DNA of 64,000 nucleotides from assembly GCA_051546255.1 (NCBI GenBank), contig CP128816.1, positions 620,001 to 684,000 of the forward strand. The letters run 5' to 3'. The first letter of the stretch is position 1. The number at the start of each line of letters is the position of its first letter. Source of the stretch: Meyerozyma guilliermondii (taxonomy: Eukaryota). Of this stretch, positions 1 to 9,370 are shown in pieces. Position numbers and translations under genes: made by a program. The notes beneath the pieces were generated by a model, which saw only the letters and a program-made list of their open reading frames with translations, had not been told where the DNA came from and ran no database searches.

Positions 1-711
1 TCACATTTAGCGCACCACGAACTCAACTCAATTTGCTTAACTATGGTGAGCGCTGGTCTTGATAACACCCCCTTAACTATCAATCATTTGATGGGCCACT
101 TATCACGACCAGACTATGGCTATGCATTACAACAAGTTGCGTTTTCGCAGCTTTTGAATTGTTATGGTGATATAAATGATGCTTGGAATAATTGTGGAAC
201 AAACATGGAATGCAATTTTGTCGTTGCATTAGTCCAAGAAGCTCTTCGTTTCTTTACGGTTCTTCCACTAAGTCTCCCTAGAAAAACGACTAAAGTGATC
301 AAGTTCAACGGAGTAGTTATTCCAGAAGGCGCGGTGCTATACATGAATGCTTACGCTGCCAACCACGATTCAGAGAAGTTCCTGAACCCCATGAAGTTTG
401 ACCCATTTAGATGGCTCGTTCCTAGAACTATGAAATTGAAAGATCGAAGAGAGATGGATCATTTTGCTTTCGGTGCTGGCTCACGAAAGTGTTCTGGAAA
501 CATTTTAGCCACACAAGAAATGTATTCAATGATCTGTCGCTTAATCTTGATCTTCAGAATCCGCCGACCTATAGAAGAAGCCATGGAATTGGATCCGTTT
601 GAAAGCAATGCATGCCCATCAGCTACATCTTTCGAACCTAAACGGTTCAAAGTTCATTTGGAACCTCGATGCCATGAAGGAAGCGAGGTATTGTATAGGC
701 TGTTACAGTAA
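1..711 (+). CDS. Cytochrome P450, 5'-truncated (phenylacetate 2-hydroxylase-like, CYP501/CYP504-type)
   Basis: Frame is open from base 1. I-helix ICLTMVSAGLDNT, ExxR (QEALR), PERF-like FDPFRW, heme motif FAFGAGSRKCSG. Confidence 0.9.
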   Translation, partial: SHLAHHELNSICLTMVSAGLDNTPLTINHLMGHLSRPDYGYALQQVAFSQLLNCYGDINDAWNNCGTNMECNFVVALVQEALRFFTVLPLSLPRKTTKVIKFNGVVIPEGAVLYMNAYAANHDSEKFLNPMKFDPFRWLVPRTMKLKDRREMDHFAFGAGSRKCSGNILATQEMYSMICRLILIFRIRRPIEEAMELDPFESNACPSATSFEPKRFKVHLEPRCHEGSEVLYRLLQ

Positions 712-751
712 TTGAAACGTCAAACATCAATAATTTACATAATTTTATAGT

Positions 752-3535
752 CTAGCTGTGGCTACTATAAGCTCCCGAAACCAAGTGACGAGCCGAAGGT
801 AACACATGGCCCTCAGAAGTGTAAATAGTAGCCAAGGCAACTGGTGGATCTATTATCGAGAATTTTAGCTGAACCCCAGACTCATGTTCACTACCCTTAC
901 CATTTGTGAGAAATCTAGCAATCAATTTCTCTTCAGAATATAACACAAAAGGCGATGGATATCTCCATGTTATTCTATTCTTTTCTTTGCTGAATGAGCC
1001 TTGAGGTCTTGAAGATGCAGAAGTCGATTGCACCGAAGGATCTAAAGCCACAGAAACAACGAAATTGTCGAGTCTCAAAGAGTCGGAGTAAGCAGGGTTG
1101 AGTTTCAAGTTGATCATAAGACTTGCCTGGTGGTCTTCAAATTTCCACACTTGTTGCATGATAATTGGCACTTGAGACTCATTCAATTGAATCATATACT
1201 TCAAGCCTCCCAATGTGCGAGAGAGAATCTTTGAAGGGTCTATTTGAAATGCATCACCTTCGATTTTTTTGACAAAAGTATTATTTTCCAATACTTTATT
1301 GAAAGCAGCAGGTATTTGAACATTGATAGGAGAATTGGCTCCTTCATGTCCGTTGTAGACAAATGCAATCTCGCCAACAACCTGTGAAGTAGAGATCGTT
1401 TCGTCTTTGAACGATACATTAATAACTTCTGCAATAGATGCGTTCAAACCTGACGACTCCACAAAGCTACCGGATTCAAAATGTTTGAAGTAATCATTCT
1501 TTCTGAGCATGGAATTGCCTGTATCTTGGCTGATTAAAGTCGAAGGTGGAGCAAACGACTCACGGGCTCCAGGGAGATTATGAAACATTTGCGAGTTCAC
1601 GTCTCTTCTTGCTTTAGGTTTATCTAAAGATGAAGGCACTGGAGGAGAGTCGGTGCTAGGATGATGAAGTACTTTTCTCGAAGGTGGAGGAGGAGGTGGA
1701 GGCACCTGTTTATCTTCATAAGACGTCTTTTTATCGATAGCACCGTAGGCAGCTGCAGTAGAAGCAGTTGCGGCGACACCAGCACCCAAAGCAGCAGCAG
1801 CACCGGTAATGGCGCTTGGAAAAGCGGAGCTATTTTTCTTTGGAGATTCCAAATCAGGTTCAGGAAGACGAGTTTGGGCCTTGTTATATTCTGGACTTTG
1901 GTCAAAAGTTCCGGGAATCGTTTCCTCATTTCTGTTAAACCGAGGAGAGGTAGCCACCGGGTTTTTGTCGTCACCTTCCTCAAAGCTGTACTTACCGCCG
2001 CTACTTTGGCGAGATCTAGCAACATCCAACAATTCCAGCGATTGGGTAGGAGGCTGCAAAGATAATCCGGTGCTTGCAGTGTTCAGTTCTTGTAAATTAG
2101 ACAGCGATGGTGCTGGATCGATATTGTCAGAAGGAGCCATAGGATTGACAGGAGAGTTCAAATCGTGCTTCTTGAGCATCGAGAGTTCATGACCGTGGTC
2201 CACCGACGACGAAGAGGAGCTTGTGTCATCGTTGTACTTGACTATGTTGGGCGACAGACTGTCGTCTTCAAACCCAGAGCGTGGAGCTGAAGGACCAAGA
2301 CTAGACTGGGTGTTGGACTGGAATGCTGGTGGGGTGGCATTCAGAGACTCTCCCGCAAGCGATGTAGCATAGTAACTCCCAGGACCAGATTGAGAGGTGG
2401 GCTGCAATGGCTGAGAGGATGGTTGAGCCGAATTATGAGGCTGTGGTTGAGCCGATTTAACTTGAGGCTGTAATTGAGGCTGTAATTGAGGCTGTGGTTG
2501 AGACTGCAATTGGGACTGTGGGGGCTGAGACTGGTGGCCCGAGACACTATTCAACCTGTTGAAAGATTCGGTTGATTTGCTCGTGAGACGAGGAGTGGAC
2601 GACGCAGACTCTGACTCGGCAATTGCCTCGTCGCTGAACGCATTGGCCTTGGAATTTCGTTTGTTTTTACGTCCAAAGATCGATCCTACTTTGGACTTCA
2701 ATTTGGATGGTTTCTTCTTGGAAGAAGCAGCAGTGGGTGTGGAAGAAGATGTGCCAGCAGAGTAGAGAGAAGTTTGGTCTGGATGCCGAGGAAAGCTAGA
2801 AAGCCGTTTCTTATGAGGAGACGTGGTTGCTGCTCCAGGGCCACCAACAATCTTGGCATCTACGTTTCTTTTGAGCAAAAATTGCAAGTAGTCTTCCATC
2901 TCGCGGTCGATGCGAAACTCACCAAGCAAGTGGTTGACTGCCTTTTCGTTAGCGGTCACCGACTTGGAGTAGCGCGAATTAGTCGAGTTGAAGAAATTGA
3001 GCACGGTATCAAACAAAAGTTGTTTTTCGTGACGCTTATAATTTTCAAGATTATCAAACGTTTGAGGAGCCTTGATATTCCATTGGTATTCGGCATCTGC
3101 ACTTGAATTCGAAGCTAATTTCGCAGCCACCAGGTTCAATTCGCGCGAATTGACAAGAAGCTCCGAGTATCCCATTTCATTGTCGTTCAATTGGCGAAGT
3201 GGTCCAATACAGTCTAACTTGAGGTTCTTGAAATACACATCATTGGCATGAATATCCTGTTGCAAAGCCGAAATAAGCGAATTCCATGCCTTGGGCAAGT
3301 TGCCATACTCGGAATTGGGTCCTTGTGGAAAAACTCCGGTGGCCTGTTGCAAAATATTCGTAAGTGATTGATTATGACGCTGAATTATTTGAGAATAACT
3401 CGAAAAAAACTCCAACATTCCTGCCAGAACCGGTCCTTTAGTGTCACCCAAAGCCACCTCTACAAGAGCCGCGGCACTTTGTGGGGACTTGGACGTGAGC
3501 ACAGACGTGGCATACCCGTATTGCGAGTCAGACAT
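752..3535 (-). CDS. SYP1: Syp1/FCHo-type endocytic adaptor (N-terminal helical F-BAR-like region, disordered middle, C-terminal mu-homology domain)
   Basis: C-terminal muHD (GLNASIAEVINVSF, VVGEIAF, SRPQGSFSKEKNRITWRY) and a PPPPPPSRK motif. Start placed at MSDSQY (ATG 3535). Confidence 0.85.
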   Translation of the reverse strand: MSDSQYGYATSVLTSKSPQSAAALVEVALGDTKGPVLAGMLEFFSSYSQIIQRHNQSLTNILQQATGVFPQGPNSEYGNLPKAWNSLISALQQDIHANDVYFKNLKLDCIGPLRQLNDNEMGYSELLVNSRELNLVAAKLASNSSADAEYQWNIKAPQTFDNLENYKRHEKQLLFDTVLNFFNSTNSRYSKSVTANEKAVNHLLGEFRIDREMEDYLQFLLKRNVDAKIVGGPGAATTSPHKKRLSSFPRHPDQTSLYSAGTSSSTPTAASSKKKPSKLKSKVGSIFGRKNKRNSKANAFSDEAIAESESASSTPRLTSKSTESFNRLNSVSGHQSQPPQSQLQSQPQPQLQPQLQPQVKSAQPQPHNSAQPSSQPLQPTSQSGPGSYYATSLAGESLNATPPAFQSNTQSSLGPSAPRSGFEDDSLSPNIVKYNDDTSSSSSSVDHGHELSMLKKHDLNSPVNPMAPSDNIDPAPSLSNLQELNTASTGLSLQPPTQSLELLDVARSRQSSGGKYSFEEGDDKNPVATSPRFNRNEETIPGTFDQSPEYNKAQTRLPEPDLESPKKNSSAFPSAITGAAAALGAGVAATASTAAAYGAIDKKTSYEDKQVPPPPPPPSRKVLHHPSTDSPPVPSSLDKPKARRDVNSQMFHNLPGARESFAPPSTLISQDTGNSMLRKNDYFKHFESGSFVESSGLNASIAEVINVSFKDETISTSQVVGEIAFVYNGHEGANSPINVQIPAAFNKVLENNTFVKKIEGDAFQIDPSKILSRTLGGLKYMIQLNESQVPIIMQQVWKFEDHQASLMINLKLNPAYSDSLRLDNFVVSVALDPSVQSTSASSRPQGSFSKEKNRITWRYPSPFVLYSEEKLIARFLTNGKGSEHESGVQLKFSIIDPPVALATIYTSEGHVLPSARHLVSGAYSSHS
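2440..2525 (-). repeat. Coding 12-bp tandem repeat (QPQL/QSQP) in SYP1
   Basis: tgaggctgtaat tgaggctgtaat tgaggctgtggt tgagactgcaat tgggactgtggg on the + strand. Confidence 0.7.
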
Positions 3536-3734
3536 GAAGATGATGGCGCGGGGTGAGTCGGCGATGACGGAAGAGACTGGGGAGTTTCTGCAGGACCGTC
3601 GCAATTTACAGGCAGGAAAAGACCATGTGGAGTACACCCGGACACCGGACGACACCTGGTTCAGTCGCAATTTAGACCGCAGACTTCACCCGGACACCGT
3701 CGCAATCACAGGCGCGATGCCATTGGCCGCAGCC

Positions 3735-4012
3735 GATAACTTTCGTTTAGTTCACGTGCGGTGGTGCGCCGCATCTTATCTCAAATGCCAAGAAGTCGCC
3801 GGTACCGGTGATCAGCCCCATGAACCCTTTCGTAATTGTTGTGGGGTCGACGATGAGAATATTAATGGACAGAGACGAGTTGTAGCTCTACAGAATTGAA
3901 AGTTGCCTAGTAAAATGTTACGACAAATTACGTGGCTATTTGCCGTAATTTTTGGTTTGTACATTTTCTTTTTTTATCGTTTTAGCCTGCACGCAATTAC
4001 GAGACGCTTATC
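3735..4012. promoter_or_regulatory. GATAA (Gln3/Gat1-type nitrogen catabolite) site cluster upstream of MEP2
   Basis: GATAA/TTATC at about 3735, 3776, 3974 and 4008. Matches known nitrogen regulation of MEP2. Confidence 0.55.
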
Positions 4013-4124
4013 GCATCGCGCATTGTGATTGGCCGATATATGCAAGATTACCGGCTACATGATAGCATTGGCTAGGCTGCAATATTTAAATGGCCGCAAA
4101 TTGCCAGTTTCCACAACTTTCTTC

Positions 4125-5660
4125 ATGTCTTCCGACTCGTCTAAATTCACCGGCACCGGGACCGGTGGCGATATTATGAAGGTTGATCTTAATGAACAAT
4201 TCGATAAGGCTGATATGGCATGGATTGGAACCGCCGCCGTTCTTGTTTGGATCATGATTCCTGGTGTTGGTCTTTTATACTCAGGAATGTCCAGGAAAAA
4301 ACACGCGTTATCGCTTATGTGGGCGTCTATTATGGCGTGTTGTGTAACCACTTTTCAATGGTTTTTCTGGGGTTACTCGTTGGTGTTCTCTGAAGGTGGT
4401 TCGGTATTTTTGGGTACCATGAAAAATTTTGCACTTATGGATGTATTTGGTGCTCCTGCTGTGGTCACCTCCGTCCCTGCAATTCTCTTTTGTTTCTACC
4501 AGGGAATGTTCGCTGCTGTCACTGCCATTTTGATGGTAGGTGCTGGCTGCGAAAGAGCAAGGTTGGGTCCAATGATGGTGTTTTTATTTATTTGGTTGAC
4601 GGTGGTATACTGTCCCATTGCTTACTGGACTTGGGGTGCTAACGGATGGCTCTTCAACCTCGGCGCTCTTGATTTTGCTGGCGGAGGTCCAGTGCATGAA
4701 AATTCCGGTTTCGCAGCTTTGGCTTACTCGTTGTTGTTGGGTAAAAGACACGATCCTCTCACTACAGGTAAAGTACCCAAGTACAAACCACACTCTGTGT
4801 CTTCTATTGTGTTGGGAACGATTTTCTTGTGGTTTGGGTGGTTTGGTTTCAACGGTGGTTCCACCGGTAATGCTACCATTCGTTCATGGTATGCCTGTGT
4901 GAACACCAATCTTGCTGCTGCTTGTGGAGGATTGACATGGATGTTTGTTGACTGGTTCAGAACCGGTGGAAAGTGGTCTACAGTTGGTTTATGTACCGGG
5001 GCCATTGCCGGGTTGGTGGGTATTACTCCTGCTGCTGGATTTGTTCCTGTCTATACCGCCCCGGTTTTCGGAGTTATTCCTGCCATAGTATGTAACTTTG
5101 CTGTGGACTTGAAGTCGCTCTTGCAAATTGATGACGGTTTGGATGTGTTTGCGTTACATGGAGTTGGTGGAATTTGTGGTTCGATTTTGACCGGTCTTTT
5201 CGCAGCCGATTATGTTGGTGCTTCTGACGGTTCGGTTGCAAATGATCCTCTGGGTGCATCTCTCTACCAAGGTTGGTTCAATCACCATTACAAACAATTG
5301 GGCTACCAATTGGCTGGTACATGCTCGGTGGGTTTGTGGAGTTTTGTTGTAACCTTCATTATTTTGTTCGTCTTGGACAAGGTACCTCAATTGAGACTTC
5401 GGTTACATGAAGATGAAGAATTGATGGGAACAGATCTTACTGAAATTGGTGAGTTTGCTTACCATGAAGAGGACATCGAGTCCAACGACAGCGACAAACT
5501 GCCCTATGTAATTGATCCAATCAGATCTACAGATGCTCGGGTCGCCAAGTTGAAGGCTGCCCTGTCCAACCCTGAAGGTGCCATTGATGGAACCACCGCC
5601 CATGGAGAAATCCACAGTCCTGACGATGCAACTACAAGCGAAAACTCCAAGAGTGGTTGA
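4125..5660 (+). CDS. MEP2: High-affinity ammonium permease/transceptor
   Basis: FTGTGTGGD..KVDLNEQFD N-terminus like Candida Mep2. Amt signatures LDFAGGGPVH, WFGWFGFNGGS, DDGLDVFALHGVGG. Start at MSSDSS. Confidence 0.95.
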   Translation: MSSDSSKFTGTGTGGDIMKVDLNEQFDKADMAWIGTAAVLVWIMIPGVGLLYSGMSRKKHALSLMWASIMACCVTTFQWFFWGYSLVFSEGGSVFLGTMKNFALMDVFGAPAVVTSVPAILFCFYQGMFAAVTAILMVGAGCERARLGPMMVFLFIWLTVVYCPIAYWTWGANGWLFNLGALDFAGGGPVHENSGFAALAYSLLLGKRHDPLTTGKVPKYKPHSVSSIVLGTIFLWFGWFGFNGGSTGNATIRSWYACVNTNLAAACGGLTWMFVDWFRTGGKWSTVGLCTGAIAGLVGITPAAGFVPVYTAPVFGVIPAIVCNFAVDLKSLLQIDDGLDVFALHGVGGICGSILTGLFAADYVGASDGSVANDPLGASLYQGWFNHHYKQLGYQLAGTCSVGLWSFVVTFIILFVLDKVPQLRLRLHEDEELMGTDLTEIGEFAYHEEDIESNDSDKLPYVIDPIRSTDARVAKLKAALSNPEGAIDGTTAHGEIHSPDDATTSENSKSG

Positions 5661-6378
5661 GTGACACCATGTGAAAGGAGATAATGTATAAATTAATAAA
5701 TTTGTCTGATTCTCGAATACTAAAGATTGAACTTTCGTCAGAGTAGCATCGGGTGAGTTCGGGTTCACTGGCGGAGTTTCTGGCTGTGGAGTCTTCTTCT
5801 GGTGGTGATTGGGACGTGTTTTGACTTGGAGAGTTCCGGCCATCGAAATCGATATTTTTGAATGTCATGAGCACAGGAGCCGGAATTTCGTCAATTGTTT
5901 TCGCTGAAGGTTGTGTAGGGGTCTCTGGCTCCTCCAGAACCAGTTGGTATTGTATGGGATCACGAGAAGATGCAATCGAGTTGGAACCCGATCCACTGCT
6001 TCGGCTCTTACGATTAGAGCTCCGTCTCGTTTGTTCCTTTTTCACCTCGAGAAACTCGTTTATATCGGCCACCGAGTCGTAGTTCATCGATGGCGCTTGC
6101 TTGGGTGCTTCCAGAGCCACCAGTGAGCGTCCGTAGTAGTCGATTAAACTGGCATTGGATATGGATTTGTCTCGGGTCGATTCACCAGTAATACTGGCAG
6201 CAGTAGTACACGCAGTGGTTCCACTGTTTCCACTATCAATAGACACGCGGGAGCCAGCCACGGTGGACACCGAGGACCGGGTAGAAGTCCGACGGCTCTT
6301 GGACCGATGGTGGTTTACTTGCGACTTCATTTTCTGCTGGGTCTGATACGACACCAGCGGAACAAGATAAAAGTTCAT
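5632..6378 (-). CDS. Hypothetical Ser/Arg-rich protein; 3' end overlaps the MEP2 3' end
   Basis: 248-aa ORF filling otherwise empty space, low-complexity with short islands (DYYGRS, DINEFL, YQLVLE, ESSIFSIR). Start may be 6330. Confidence 0.6.
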   Translation of the reverse strand: MNFYLVPLVSYQTQQKMKSQVNHHRSKSRRTSTRSSVSTVAGSRVSIDSGNSGTTACTTAASITGESTRDKSISNASLIDYYGRSLVALEAPKQAPSMNYDSVADINEFLEVKKEQTRRSSNRKSRSSGSGSNSIASSRDPIQYQLVLEEPETPTQPSAKTIDEIPAPVLMTFKNIDFDGRNSPSQNTSQSPPEEDSTARNSASEPELTRCYSDESSIFSIRESDKFINLYIISFHMVSLNHSWSFRL

Positions 6379-7077
6379 GGAAAATCAGCCCAACACTTGA
6401 AGAATTTGATGAAAGCGCGAACAACAGGGGCGATACCGCCTTTAAAGGGCCAAATCCCTAAGCATTGGACACAATAGCCGCCATATGCTGCAGAAGGTTT
6501 TTCCTGCAGGTGTCACAATGGCGGCTTATGGCGGCTTATGCACCTTGTGTATAGGTGTACTGGATATGGATCTGGGACGTGCATATGTACGTTCGTTTTG
6601 GGAAAAAGAGTTTATCCCCGGTAGCAAGTGCAGCCGCTGTACTCATTGAAAATGCCGAGAAACAGCAAAAGATAAGACCGGAGTTCAAGGCGATGTGTTG
6701 ACTACTCAACCACAATAACAAACACAATCGGCTAAATTACGTGGTTGTTCGCTGAACCTCATTATCGTTTCATCTTCTATTGTTCGATGATATCATTTTT
6801 GCCCGATTTAAGAGCGCCGGCGCCTCGATAAGGTAAAGAACCCTACATCCGACAAGAAGCCCAAATCCAAACCCAAGAAAACTCCAGTGGAGATAATATC
6901 TAATGTAGCGGAGCCACAACCCAAGGGCTTTTCTCGGTTTATAAAGAAGCTAACGTGAATAAATGCCTACTGAACGCGACTACTCTTTCTTTAGCTTCCT
7001 CTGTTTCGCGTTTCCTGCACATGGTCTATCAGTGTTTCAATCGCAATCAGTCACTCTTATCACTCTCACTTATTGCC

Positions 7078-8352
7078 ATGCTAGACAACACCATTTTGTT
7101 CCCAGGAAAGGGAATCGGAAACACCATAAGGTTGGGAAAGTCATTGTACACAACTATCAAGGCTTTGGACAAGTTTGGGTACAAAATGAAGATTATCTAT
7201 TCCGGCAAGGATTACTTAAATACCCCGGTAATGATCCTGTTACCAGAAATTGGAGTTCGTTTGGTGTTTTCCAGTTTGAAATTGGTGCTCATTGAGATCT
7301 TGGATTTGCAAAAACTCAAGCTTTCATACAATAACAAGGTCTTGAATCCTTTGGTTCATGACGAAAATAACAATGAACTTCTCACACTCAAGACAGTTTA
7401 CAACAAAATATTTGGGCCCACTTATCCCGGAACTTTACAAGGAGAAGACTACATTCTCAGCTACAATGGGATATCTTTCAAGTTCCACATTAATCTGAAG
7501 GTTTTGGTGACAAAAGTGAGTCGATTCGCTGGCGATGAAGACAAGATATTGTCCACCCTTCTCAACTCTAGTTATCCCGACGTCACCTGTACGGCTATTT
7601 CTGTTCACAGTGGTGACTCGTGGTCTGAAGTGGCACCAGCACTTGTGGCAGATCCGGTAGTTGCAGTAACATCGATCCGCAAGTTGCAAATTGATGTTAA
7701 AGAGGGAGTAGTGAAGGTGTTGTTTGACGATCGAGACCACATCATAAACATCGGCCGCACGACCCAGCAGGAAATACTAAACTTGTTTGGCCCCCCTGAC
7801 GACTATTTCAATAAATTCGACTCGAGGTTTCTCATCCACAATCACCTATCCAAGTCTCTTGGAATCGACATCCACGACAACTCGCTCTACAAATTTCACA
7901 ACTACTTTTCGTTGGGACTCGATTTTCTATACGATTTAACACCCAGAGGAATCGGAACTGGGGTCTTGAGGAAAATTGTGATCCACAATGGCCAGATTCC
8001 TGAAAGTTTGGATTTTATGAGGTGGAACAAGTGCAACTGGGAAATGTTTGAAAACTTCAAAGAAGAACCACGAGCTACATCCGACATGTATTTCAGAGAC
8101 ATACCGGAGGATTTCTTGGCAACCATAAACGCCAACGATAGCGTTCGACCTGTAATTCTCAATCGAAATGAATCGGAGTTCATCGACAACGATATCGATA
8201 TAATCAAGGCTAACGACTTGGGAGACGACTCCGACTCGGCCATAAGCTCCAAGGCAAAGACATGGGGCCACTCCAAGCTCTATGGATGCGAGCGGTGTAT
8301 CTGGGAGGTGGTGGACAGCAACGGGTGCATATCTTGCTTGACAGTGTTCTAG
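7078..8352 (+). CDS. UPF0183 / PHAF1 (C16orf70)-like protein
   Basis: PGKGIG..IRLG, YNKIFGPTYPG, LSYNGISFKF, TTQQEILNLFGPP, HNYFSLGLDFLYD match the UPF0183 family. Start at MLDNT. Confidence 0.8.
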   Translation: MLDNTILFPGKGIGNTIRLGKSLYTTIKALDKFGYKMKIIYSGKDYLNTPVMILLPEIGVRLVFSSLKLVLIEILDLQKLKLSYNNKVLNPLVHDENNNELLTLKTVYNKIFGPTYPGTLQGEDYILSYNGISFKFHINLKVLVTKVSRFAGDEDKILSTLLNSSYPDVTCTAISVHSGDSWSEVAPALVADPVVAVTSIRKLQIDVKEGVVKVLFDDRDHIINIGRTTQQEILNLFGPPDDYFNKFDSRFLIHNHLSKSLGIDIHDNSLYKFHNYFSLGLDFLYDLTPRGIGTGVLRKIVIHNGQIPESLDFMRWNKCNWEMFENFKEEPRATSDMYFRDIPEDFLATINANDSVRPVILNRNESEFIDNDIDIIKANDLGDDSDSAISSKAKTWGHSKLYGCERCIWEVVDSNGCISCLTVF

Positions 8353-8417
8353 CTAGTGTGGGTGCACTGGGTGCTACATACAGTTTTTAGCTAGGTGAAA
8401 TGTTTTCATGAGATTGT

Positions 8418-9113
8418 ATGAGACTCACTGCCCAGGTGATAAATGATGCGCCAAAAGTATTGAACCCAGAAAAGCTATACACAATCCAGTTGCGTGGGCT
8501 ACACATACAATATCTCGAGAACTTGGGCATCACAAACGACAAGTTTGAGGTTTTGGACTTTACGGGAAATGACTTGGTAACAGTAGGAAATATTCCGCGG
8601 CTTGCCAATGCCAAAACCCTCTTATTTGGCAACAACAAGATTGTGAGGGTTGAGGATTTGGGCGATAACTTGCCCCAGGTGCAATCTATACTGTTTATGG
8701 CTAACGAAATTGCATCTCTCAAGTCGATCGTTTCGCTCGCAAAATTGAAAAATCTCCACAATCTCATACTAATTGATAATCCGGTCACTAGAATACCGTA
8801 CTACCGACTATTTGCCATTTGGACGATTCCTTCGCTTCAAAGTCTTGATTTTGAAAAAGTGAAAAATAGAGAAAGAGAAGCGGCAGAGACGCTTTTTGGC
8901 ACAGCCTCCGAACCAAAACCGCTCGTTGAAGAACTTCTTACCAACAACAACGCTGCGCACGAGCCGGTGGGGGTTGCTAGTGGCGCTTCCAGCAAGCTCA
9001 CGGAACAACAGAAACAAGAATTGATCAAGCAACTCGAAACTGCCCAAGACATTGAAGAGATAGAACGAATAGAAATGGCGTTGGCGACCGGATACTTGGA
9101 AAAACGAATATAG
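8418..9113 (+). CDS. LEA1: U2 snRNP A' (LRR protein)
   Basis: MRLT..I..AP..LNP, IQLRGL, LRR repeats, NPVT...YRLF.IW.IPSL..LDFEKV. Confidence 0.93.
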   Translation: MRLTAQVINDAPKVLNPEKLYTIQLRGLHIQYLENLGITNDKFEVLDFTGNDLVTVGNIPRLANAKTLLFGNNKIVRVEDLGDNLPQVQSILFMANEIASLKSIVSLAKLKNLHNLILIDNPVTRIPYYRLFAIWTIPSLQSLDFEKVKNREREAAETLFGTASEPKPLVEELLTNNNAAHEPVGVASGASSKLTEQQKQELIKQLETAQDIEEIERIEMALATGYLEKRI

Positions 9114-9370
9114 ACCTCACACGCTACATAGACATACATACAAATGCATCGACGACCCAGTTTCAGCACTTAATTCATCGCTGTGAAAAATTACATAATT
9201 GGTCTGTGCGGTTGTGAGGCAGAATACGGTTGGTATTTCACATTTTTATTTGGCGCAAAAACCAATTTTTTGCAAACCAACGGTTATACACCGCCCGAGT
9301 GGCATACTGTGGTCTATAGCACTCCACATTTCATAAAAACCACCTTTGACATACCTTCAGCATATTTCCA

